Below, piece by piece: positions 1 to 10,992 of a stretch of DNA of 64,000 nt (its first letter is position 1; each line of letters starts with the position of its first letter). Made by a program: the position numbers and the translations under genes. The notes beneath the pieces are model-generated. The model ran no database searches. It saw only the letters and a list, made by a program, of their open reading frames with translations, and was not told where the DNA came from. Source of the stretch: Cenococcum geophilum (lineage: Eukaryota); contig CP158635.1 in the NCBI GenBank assembly GCA_050273025.1, positions 10,478,001 to 10,542,000 of the forward strand, given 5' to 3'.

Positions 1-1473
1 GTTCCTTTTAAATATCCTTATATTCGTCTATAATAATCTAGTAGGCTCTTTATAAAGCTAGGTAAGCTCGCTTAATAAGCCTAATAGACTAATACGCCTT
101 AACTGGAACGGCTTTTATTAAAATAGCTATAGCTATAGCGTACTATTAGAATTCCTTACTAATAAAGTTCTTACCGGCGTTGTAGGTAATATACTTAGGG
201 GATCTAACGTATATATTAATCTAGTAGGTCCGTAAAATGTCCCAAGTATATTTTATAGATATATTTTGTAACCAATAGGTGGCTTAATAGCGGGTTGCCT
301 TGTTAATTATATATAATACTAGGCTACCGTTAATATACATAATATCTACGTATACTAAGTGGTTAAAATTAAGGTCTTTATAAAGAGTAAACTTAAATTA
401 GCCTAGGGAACGTCCGTATTTCTAGCAGAAGGAGCAGTATTTAGTTAGGTAGTTAATTGCCTTTCTATTAACGTTATTATATCTAGAACATTTAAGGACT
501 CTATATAGCTTTTTGGCTAACAGGTAGCCGAAACGGCAGTATAGGCGGTAGATTTCCGTACTAGTAAGGTAGCACGGGTTATAGTCAAAAGATTCCTAAA
601 TATAGGTCCGTAAAGTCTCTCCCTATATAAGGAACGAGTGTCTAAATCGTCGTGTAATTAGTAGGGTAATATTTTTACTTCTTAGGGCAGTTGCGGGGCT
701 AATCAGGGTATCCGTAACATTGTTATAGTAAACCTATAGTCTGTCTATATCCGTAAGGCAAAGTAGGAAAAGGGTGTCCGCTTTTACTATATAGAAGTTA
801 ACTAGGCTAATTAGAGTCTTAACTTTAACTAATTTAATTAATGCGGTTAAGCTAATGCCGAATTAGACGTTTATAGCCCCAGTTTACATAGTATTAATGT
901 CCGTATTGTTATTTACGGTAGTCTTATATACAAGGTATTGTCCGTAACCTATAGTAGACTTTTTAGAGGCACCTATATCGATTATAACGCTATAAAATTC
1001 TTTAGGGGTGTAGCGTTCTATAGTGATATATGCAAATGGGTCCTATTTAGGGTCTGTAATGTCCGTAATAGGTCTAATAGGTATACTTACGGGCTAGTTT
1101 TTAGGTGTAATTAAGTATATAAAGAAGCGGTCGGCTAATACGGTCGTAATATTAAAGGCTTAGCTGTCTATAAAAGGTTTAAAAGTGGTTAAGAATATCT
1201 TTAAGGTCTCTTATTCCTAAGCGTCTAAGTTAAAATTAATTATAAGGGCTTCTATTAACTTATTAGGAGGCTCTTCTACTTCCTTTCCTTTATATTCTAA
1301 AATAAACTGGTTAATACAGCTATTAAGTCTCTTTTTAGACTTGTTACGTTCTTCCTGGGTATACTTTATAAACTAACATCCTTCCTTACCGTATATAAAG
1401 CACTTTTGGCTAGTTTATCTGCGGGGGTATATTTTTATACGGGGGTTACTATAGGGGTTACGGGTAGGACTTG

Positions 1474-1803
1474 TGTAAGAGGCTAGCCTGACCGGAATAT
1501 ATAATTATCTAATCGACAGTGTTACCGGTAAGTAGAAGGTAAGTTAAAGGTAAGTTAAAGGTAAGTTAAAGGTAGAATAAGTTTCATGTATTAAAGGATA
1601 AATGCTTCTAACTACTTCTATTTAGAGACTAATCGCTAGTTCTTCTCTAGAGGGGAACTAGCTTCCTATATATTTCTTTTAAAACACTAGTAAAACCTTT
1701 CGCCCCTAACCTGTTTAACTATGTCTTTTAGAACATAGATGGGATATAGATAAAACCTCCTACCGTCTTATTAGATATATACCTTCTAGGGGATTCCGTT
1801 ATA
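1474..1803 (-). repeat. 3' LTR of the Gypsy (330 bp)
   Basis: Direct repeat of 8848-9155; TGTAA...GTTATA ends; three copies of an 11-bp unit AGGTAAGTTAA. Confidence 0.95.
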
Positions 1804-2396
1804 ATTGCCTCCCCTTTTAGGGTCTTAGTCCTTTAAGACTTTGCCTCTACTAAGCTTTTATAAAGTTCCGGCTAAAACTACTAGGGAAACCCTTAGTAGA
1901 AAGATACTTTATAATGCGACTTATTGCTAGCTCTTTACTAGCGCGGAACTTTATTTTATCTTTTATTCCTCTGCTCTTTTTCTACCCTAGCTCCTTATAG
2001 TGCTTTTATAATAGGATTTTAATAATAGTAATAAAAATTTAGTGGGATTTACCTCTTTAATTTTAGGAATTTGTTATAAATAGATCTAGAGGTTATCCGG
2101 TATAACGCGTTAACTAACTACTAACCCTATTTACCTAAATAGGCTTTAATAATAACGTTTTTTATTTTAATTTCTTTCTGTTTATAAGTTATTGTCTCTC
2201 CCTTATTCTTCCATTAATAACGCTATTCGTCTCGTTCTTAAATAGGCTGTTTTTATTATATCTCGCCTTTTAGCTTCTATATCTTCAGCTATACTTCCAT
2301 TACTACCTTGTTATCTTTTCTTAACGCGTTTATAAGTAATAGGATCCCTACCTTATCTCTTATAACAATGCTAACTTCTTAAAGTATTCTCTTATA

Positions 2397-3250
2397 ATGG
2401 CTCGTGGTCCTTCTGCGCGTCTCTAGACTGGCAGCAGTGTTATTAATCTCCCGGTAACGCCCTAGATAGCGTCTATTACTCCTACGGCAGTTTCCCTAAA
2501 ATACTATTATTACTGCGTTTATGCTCTTATATAGGATTCTTCCTATGTCTGTAAGATGCCTTACTCTAGTAAAAATAAATCTAAGTGCTCCTATTATTGT
2601 AGTAAGAGAAAGACTTACGTTCTAGTATTTCCCATTCCATCCTATTCTAGATTTCGCTAATTATACTAAATCCCCGCTATTTATGCGTATAAGACTTATA
2701 GGCTCTAACGCGCCATCTAAGATTTCCGCTAATATCCTAATAGTAATAGGCGGGGACAGAAGGTATCTTCCCTTGCTTGCAGACTCTTTAATTCTATAAG
2801 GGTTTCCACTGCTATAGAGATGTAACGTTCTTAGATATATAGTATCTAGAAGCGTATATACGAATAGCTCGTCCTTATTAATAATAATATTTATACTTTT
2901 GCGCGGGCTACTTTAGCTAGGTAAGTTTCTCTAGTAACTCGCTTAGGAACTGTGCTAACTTCTTTAGCTAATATCTTTCTAATCCCTGCTTAGACGCCAA
3001 TTTGGAACCTAGGGATACTAAGGATAGTAATAAAGGTTAAGATAAACGTTCTCCTCGCTAGTCTCCCGCCCGTGCTAGTTCTTCTAGTACCCGTTGTTCT
3101 AAGAAGAATATTAGTAGAAGTGCTAATGCTTCTAGGGATGGAGGAGCTAATAATACCGTTAATAATAACGTTAAGATAGAAGAGGAGGCTCTTATTACTA
3201 CTATTAGTATTTAAGTTATTACCTAGCTCTTTTCTTCTTCTTATAGAATA
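2397..3250 (+). pseudogene. RIP-degraded spliced antisense accessory gene inside the Gypsy, with a Cys6 (Zn-cluster-like) motif
   Basis: ATG 2397 is in frame with KY(C)YYCVYALI*DSSYVCKMPYSSKNKSKCSY(C)CSKRKT(C)V(P); bracketed residues need RIP reversal. Putative intron 2625-~2669 (GTATTT...GCTAAT). 3' end approximate. Confidence 0.45.
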
Positions 3251-6200
3251 GCTTTATATAGTGCCTCTTGGGTGCCTCTAAGATGCCCTATTATTAGGAA
3301 TTAACTTTATACTTTAGGGATGCCTTTGTTTTAAGCTTTAGTAACAATCTATATAAACGTAGTGTACTACTATAATCCCTATATATAATAAACGGGTGGT
3401 ATTCCTATAGGTGCCTTTTAATTCCTTAAAATTTCTAATTCTTTATAGGCTGTCCTTTTGCTCCTCTTTATACTATTAACTCTACTGCGTATCTCTGGTG
3501 CTAGGCCAGATACTCTCCTTTTATCCCTAGGGGATCTTTCTAAATCCCTAAGGCTACTTCTTATAGTGCTACTACTTCTTTTTAAAAAGCGTCTTCTTTA
3601 AATAGTATCCCTAGTGGTTCTTTTATAGATCCTTATAGGCTTCCTCTTATAGAATTTTAGGATCCCTATTATAATGGCGAAACGTTTCCGTTCTTAATGC
3701 CTATACTTAATCCTATAGTTTTAATTTGCGGGGTCTTTCCTATTATTTTACCTATGGTATATCCGGAACCATTTCTAAGTCTTTACCTTTAGTTCTTAGG
3801 AAGGTTTTAATTACGGTGTTGTATTCTAGCTAAAGGTACTCCTTAGGTTCCTAACTGTTATATACCTAAAAGTATCCTTCTTAATAAACTAAAAATTCGC
3901 GCTTCTTCTAGCGCTATCTTTAATTTAGAATATCTTCTATATTCTATTCTAGTTCCCTATTAATTTCGCTAGGTAGGGGCAGTTCCGTACTATCTCTTCT
4001 CTGGTATAGCTTTAGTAAGGAAATATAAAATATAGGATGTATTAGATAAGATTTTAGTAATTCCAATTTGTAGGCTTGGTTTTCTTTAGTTTTCTTAACT
4101 ATTTTAAAGGGTCTAAGCTACCGGTAATCCAGCTTCTTCTTAATGCGTTTTATTTGGATTTTTTTTATAAATAGTAAGACTTCGTCTCCTATCTCGAATT
4201 CTTTTAGTATATGTTTTTTATTATAGTACCTTTTTTATATAGCCTGGGCGTCTAGTAAGTGCTTTTTAAGTTCCTCTCTATAAATTTTTATTTGCTTAAT
4301 TCTTTTAGATATTACTAGTGCCTCTCTTTTAGGAACGATGTTCTTAACGTTCTAGGGGTTATTTGCTTTTACCCTAAATAATGCTTTATAAGGGGTTATT
4401 TTTATACTATTATAGATGCTTATATTATATATGTGCTGCGCTAGAGCTAACCATAATGTCTAATTATCTTGTTAATAATTAATATAGCAGCGGAGGTAGT
4501 GTTCTAATAACGCATTTAGACGCTCTATTTGCCCGTCTGTTTGTAGGTAAAAGGTAGTGCTTATCCTTTACTATATTTTTAATAAGAAACAGAATAAAGA
4601 CTAAAATGCACTATTAAATACGGTACCTCTATTAGATATAATTCCCCTTAGCGTGCTGAATAAGAGCTACCGTTTTAAAAATAGGTCTACTAGTTCTGCT
4701 GCTGTAATTATTGTTATAATAGTAAAGTATCCTAAAAACTTTGTATACCTGTTAACGATTACTAGGATAGCGTTAGTAACCTCTTTAGTTCTTATCTTAG
4801 TAGGGGGTAAGCCTATAATAAAATCTATTATTAATTCTAATATAGGTCCCTACGGAATAGGAAGTACTAATAACTTACCGTATAGGCGATGCCTGGATAT
4901 CTGTATCCTTTAGCACGTATTATACCTTAATATATAGTCCTTAACCTCTTTAGATATTTCGTCCTAAAAGTATCTCCTCTAAATAGCCTTAAGGGTTTTA
5001 TTAGCACCGTAGTAACCCCTAAAAGGGTTATTATAGAAGACCTTTAAAATTTTATCTTAAATTGCTTGGTCCTTTAGGATATATATAGCACCCTTAAAGC
5101 ATAATAGACCCTTTTAGTCTTACTACTATAGCTTTTTAATAACTCCGGCTAAGTTGGTCTCTACTATATCTTTCTACCTCTCCCTAGAGGCAAAGGCGTC
5201 CCTTTATTAAGCTTAAAGAAGAAGATCTAAAAAGGTTTTGTATAGATTGCTTACTTCTATTTCGCCTACTACTATTATAAACTTAAGGCGTGGCATAAGA
5301 CGTTTCGAACTATTAGTGCTAGTAGATTCTTATACCGTTATATAGTATGCTATACTGCGGATAGGTATCTCGCCTATCCCCCTTAGATCTAAAAACTCGC
5401 AGCTAATATATTATTGAGTTGAAGGTGCCGCGACACCTCTAGTATATTCTATAGAATTTTTGCTAATTCTAGGGTACGCTAACTTTGTAACGTCTGCTTA
5501 GTCTATAACCTAGTCTATAACTATATCCTATGGCTCTATAATTGTATCGCTTTACAGCTATATTGCTAGGACTTCTACCCTATTATAAAATTCTATAGTT
5601 TTAGGGAAAGAGTTTTCTTTTTTCCTAAGCAAATTTTGTAATATAGGGATTATTTCCCTTATGCTGTCCTAGATCCTCCCTGTCTTATAATTTAGACGTT
5701 TTAATAACCTATTAGTAGGATTTATTTTCCCTAGGCGGTATATAATTTTAAAGTTATACTATAATAGTGCCTCTGCCTATCTCGCTTATTGACCGCTTAA
5801 TACCTTTATAGTTATAAAGTATTCTAGGTTGTTATAGTCTGTAAGGACTTTAATAGGATAATTACTTCCTATATAATAATGTCGCCAGTACTTTATTGCT
5901 ATAATTATTGCAAGTAGCTTCTAGTTGTGTGTTATATAACGCTGCTTTATAGGGGTTATTTTCCTTAACTAAAACGCTATAGGATGCTATTTTCCGTCTT
6001 TTAATTAAGATATAATTGCCCCTAGGGTAAAGCCGGATATATCCGTTTTAAGGTATATATATAGCTCCTAGTAGAAGTATATTAGGATAGGCGCCGATAT
6101 AAATTAATCCTTTAACCGGTCTATAGCCTACTTAGCAGCTTCCCTAAATATAAAGGGTCCTAACTTCTTGCTATTCTTAGATCCTTTTAGTAAATTAGTA

Positions 6201-8847
6201 ATTAGGAGTATTACTTATAAGTAGTAAATAATAAACGTTTAGTAGAAGTTTGCCGTGCTTAAAAAAACCTATACTTCTTTAAATGTTATAGGGTAGGGCT
6301 ATTTCCTAATAGCGTCTACCTGACTTTTCTCTATTAATACTCTGTTAACGCTAATAATAAAGCCTAAAAAATTAATGCTAGTAGTATAGAACGTGTACTT
6401 TTTTAGGTTTATATAGAGCTTATATTCCCGCAGTCTTTTTAGTACTATTTACATGTGGTATGTATATGCTTTATAGTTATTAGAGTAGACTATAATGTTA
6501 TTAAGGTAGACTATATATATCGTGTCTAATAGGCCCGATAATGCCTTATTAATATAGGCCTGAAATGTTACTAGTGCGTTAGTGAGCCTAAATAGCATCA
6601 CTAGGTACTTAAAGTGGCCGTACTATATTTAGAACGCCGTTTTTTACTTATCGCTGGCTTTAATCCGGATTTAATAGTATATATCTTTTAGATCTAATTT
6701 TATAAATATCTTTACGCCTAATAGCCTATTAATAAGCTCCCCTATTAAAGGTAACGGGTAGCGATTCTTTATAGTAATCTTATTTAGCGCCTAATAGTCA
6801 ATATAGAGGCGAAGGGTCCCGTTCTTCTTAGGTATAAATATAATTGGTGCCCCTATTGGGCTTATAGAGGGCCAAATCTATCCTTTCTAAAGATTGTCTA
6901 CTATATATTAACGTAATACCGCCAGCTTATTTTCTAATAGGTTATATAGTGGTCTAAAAGGAGGTTATTTATCCCCTATATCTATCTTATACTTAACTAA
7001 TATAGGGTTAAATAAGGTTTGTGCAGCCTCTTTACTAAAAATATCCTCTAAGTCTATATATTCCTGTAGAATCTCTAGTTCCTTAACTGCGTATAACCGG
7101 ACATCCGAAAATAAATATCCTATATCCCCGTTCTTGGTATTAAGAGTAGTATATATAATATATACCCACCCTTCTTCTTATATATGGTTTAAGAAAGTCT
7201 CTTAATCTTTAACTATAATACGCAGTTAAGACTTTTAATGTTAATATAAGGCTGAAGGCCAATTAATGTCCGGATTAACTTAGTAAAGCTATAGGTATCC
7301 TAAAATAAGGTTATACCCCTTAATTTCTATAGTATAGAAGCGTATCTCCTACGTATTCTATAGACTATTATAGTCCTAGCTGGCCATAGAAAAAGCCTAT
7401 TCCCTATAGTATGGAATCTGGTAGCCTTTAATGCTTTAAATAGTGCGTACCTATAAGCCGCTAAGGTCCAAATTTAATTCTTTTACTAGTAATTAAGAAA
7501 TAAACTCTATACTTACGCCGCTATCTATAAGGCAGTCTTATATTACCTATTTATTATTAACTTAAATAGAGACAGGAATAACTATACGGTAGTTTACTCC
7601 CTTTTTCTCTTACTAGCCTAGTATAAGGGAGTAAAGATCTACTAGGCTGTCTCTTTTCCTAATTAGGCCGACTTTTATTTCTTTTACCGGTAGAAGCGGC
7701 TTATATAGCCCTTCTTGCCACAGTTATAACAGGTACGTATCTCCCGGTTCCCCTTCTATAGATTAGGTCTCTGCCTACTATTATTTTAGGGTTAACTAGC
7801 GTTGCTTTAGGGCTGTAAGGCCTACTTATGTTGTCCTTCTATAGAGCGGTTAGGTTGGAATCTACCCTTATTATTAAAGCTAGGTTTAGTCCTACGCTCT
7901 TTATTATTAGCGTTTTGTTCCTTTCGCTTACCTAGATAGTTTCTTTTAGTACTCTTAATCTAAGTAGCTTTAGAGATAAGCTTTTCTTAAGAGGTAGGAA
8001 TTTCGCCCTTTTCTTATATAGCCCGTTAAATCTTAGGTTATAGCTTAGCGAGTAGCTAGTGAAGTTATATAGCGTTATCCTATAGATCTAAGTAGGGTAT
8101 ATTGTCTTCTAATTCTTCTAAGTAGTTTATAAACTGGACCATAGTCTAACTATCCCGCTGTTTAGCGTTGTGGTATCACTAGTTATAATCTATCCCTTAA
8201 TTAGTAGGGTCTTAGACCTAATTAACTAACTAGGTCCTAAGTTCGCTAAATTTAAGGGGTATAGTAAGTTTCTTCTTATAGCGTATCTATAAACTCTTAA
8301 CGGTGCTATATAGGAAGGTAGAAGTAATTAGTGTCTAATTATACTTATTAGAGTAACGTTTCAGATCTAGCTAAAACTTAGTTTTATATTATTAGATAAA
8401 ACGATTATAGTTCCGAAGATTATTACTATAGTACTTATTAGGTTCCTTTATGCGGAATTTAAGTTTTTTTAACGTTATAGTATAATATAGCGTTACCCCT
8501 TTAAGTCCGCTTCGTATCTAGAGTGTCTATACTTCCCCTAATTGTCCTTACAATTATTCTTAATAGTCTTAATATACTTATCTTAATCGTATCTCCAACT
8601 CCTTTGTTTTTTATAGGGTCTTGTATAGTGACCGCTTTAATAACTCCCTAGTGGTAATTGTTCCTAAAGGTCTCACAAGGTTAGACGGACTAGCCGTGGC
8701 TTCTTTATAGGAAGAGGGAATGCGCTCCTTTAGGGAAACTCTTTAAGCCTCTTACGGTAAGGGCGTTGCTTTGTGGGGTATAAGAGTATAGTCTATTATT
8801 GTTAATTAATAGCCGTACGTTCCTAACGGATTATAAGCAATTAGAAT

Positions 8848-9155
8848 TATAAGAGGCCAGCCTAACCGGAACGTATAATTATCTAATTAATAGTGTTACT
8901 GGTAAGTAGAAGGTAAGTTAAAGGTAGAATAAGTTTTATATATTAAAGGACAAATGCTTCTAACTACTTCTATTTAGAGACTAATTGCTAGTTCTTCTCT
9001 AGAGGGGAACCAGCTTCCTATATATTCCTTCTAAGACGCTAGTAAAACCTTTCGCCCCTAACCTGTCTGACTGTGTCTTCTAGAATATAGATAGGACATA
9101 GATGAAACCTCCTACCGTCTTATTGGATATGTACCTCCCGGGGGATTCCGTTATA
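8848..9155 (-). repeat. 5' LTR of the Gypsy (308 bp)
   Basis: Direct repeat of 1474-1803; differences inspected are transitions plus a 22-bp indel. Confidence 0.95.
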
Positions 9156-9280
9156 ACTTAGTCGGTATAGGTGCTGCTAGCGGTAGCGGCAGTCCGTAAA
9201 GTAGATGTTTAAGTCTATTTACAGACATTAAATATCTATAATAAAGGCTTAAGTGCTGCCTAGTAGGTTTAAGACTTCAT

Positions 9281-10992
9281 TGACCTGAGGTACGAGTGGT
9301 CTATATATTCGGGTTGGGGGTCCTGGAATTTAAACTCCCGCCAAGCCAGCTTCTGATTGGTTAGAAAGCCGGCTTCTCATTGGTTAGAAAAAAAGTTGCG
9401 CGCGGTAAGTTATGGCAGAATCCACGTGACAAACTTCAAAACATTGGGCTCTACAAACGCTCTGCATAAAGCTCCGTACGAAGCTCTGCGAAAGCTCTAC
9501 CAAAAGCTCTACCAAAAGCTCTACCAAAGGCTCTGCCAAAAGCTTTGCAGCAGCTCTGCCCACCTAGTGTACTGGCCATGCAGTAAATGGAGCACGCTGT
9601 GCGCAGGGGTCTAAGGGGGTCTCCCCTTTGAAGCTCTGCTCGAAGCTCTGCTCGAAGCTCTGCTCGAAGCTCTGCTCGAAGCTCTGCTCGAAGCTTTACT
9701 CGAAGCCCTATACGGAGCTCTAAAGCTCTACTGACACGCAGCACTAATATACTAGGAAGGTTCTGCAATCGGCCGTATAACCGCCCATACGGTCAATCGC
9801 CGTACAATTGTCTCTACGAACGGCTCTACGAACGGCTCTACGAACGGCTCTACAAACGTCTACACAATCGCCCGTACGAACGTTCATACGATCAATTAAC
9901 CAAACGCCTATACAATCAATCAGATGCCCGTATAAACGTCTCTACGAGCGTCTACGAACGTCTCTACAAACGTCTACAATCGCCCATACAATCGTTCGTA
10001 TGAACGTCTGTACGAACGCCTACACGAACGCCTATACAAAGCTCTGCTCGAAGCTCTACAAAGCTCTGCACGAATCTTCATACGAAGCTCTGCAAAAGCT
10101 CTACTAAAAGCTCTACCAAAGCCTCTACCAAAGCCTCTGCAAGAGCTCTGCCCGCGCAGTAAATAGAGCACGTAGTGCGCAGGGGGGGTCCAAGGGGGTC
10201 TCCCCCTTGAGCTTAAAGCTCTACTCGAAGCTTGATACGGAGCTCTAAAGCTCTACTAACACGCAGCACTGATATACTAGGAAGACTCTATAATCGTCTA
10301 CACGAACGGCTCTACAAACGGCTCTACAAATGTCTGCATAATCGCCCGTACAAACGCCCATACAATCAATCAAACACCCATACAATCGATCAATCAAACG
10401 CCCATATGAACGACCAATTAAACGTCCATGCAATTGCCTATACAATCGTCTCTACAAATGTCTCTGCAGTTAATCGCCCGTGCGAACGCCTGCATGTGGC
10501 TCTGCACAAGGCTCTACACGAAGCTCTACCGAAGCTCCACACGAAGCTCTACCGAAGCTCTACACAAAGCTCTACCAAAGTTCTGCACGAAGCTCTACCA
10601 AAGCTCTACATAAAGCTCTACCAAAGCCCTACATAAAGCTCTACCGAAGCTCTACACAGAGCTCTATAAAAGCTCTAGAAAGGCTCTATAAAAGCTCTAT
10701 AAAAGCTCTACCAAACGCTCTACCAAACGCTCTACCAAAGCCTCTACAAGAACTCTACCTACGCGGTAAATAGAGCACGTAATGCGCAGGGGGGGGGTCC
10801 AAGGGGGTCTCCCCCTTAAGCTTAAAGCTTTACTCAAAACTCTACTTAAAGCTTAATACGGAGCTCTAAAGCTCTACTAATATGCAGCACTAATATACTA
10901 GGAAGGCTCTAAATTAAAGCTTTAGGTTAATTAATCGGCTTATTAATTATAAACTCGGGTCAAAATTTTCGTTGGGGGGTATCAACGATCCG
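9281..10992 (+). mobile_element. Non-coding minisatellite-rich insertion, possibly a non-autonomous Helitron2/Helentron-like element
   Basis: Interrupts Copia gag; three ~590-bp macro-units; 11-12 bp repeats (AAAGCTCTACC, GAAGCTCTGCTC, GAACGGCTCTAC); IR TTGACCTGAG (9280-9289)/CTCGGGTCAA (10954-10963); hairpin TCGTTG..CAACGA (10969-10988). Confidence 0.6.

Larger units (their letters stand above)
1474..9155 (-). mobile_element. Full-length RIP-inactivated Ty3/Gypsy chromovirus, 7.68 kb
   Basis: Two LTRs; TSD ACTTG (1469-1473)/ACTTA (9156-9160); PPT at ~1804-1818; gag knuckle CYNCGKKG(H)ISRF(C) ~7690-7740; protease LIDSG ~7520; RT VYLNNII (YLDD after RIP) ~6500; integrase QTDGQIER ~4530; chromodomain-like EGY..NS*EP ~3850-3890. 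Confidence 0.95.

Noticed and set aside
4653..4913. 86-aa plus-strand ORF
   Set aside because: Antisense shadow of the RIPed integrase.
9295..9345. tRNA/SINE-like head
   Set aside because: B-box does not match the consensus even after RIP reversal; no cloverleaf.
9357..10773. ORFs with repeated peptides (RAELRAEL, KLYQKLYQ)
   Set aside because: Artefacts of 11-12 bp tandem repeats; they occur in several frames on both strands.
9450..10910. CRISPR-like array
   Set aside because: No constant repeat with unique spacers, no cas genes, and eukaryotic context.
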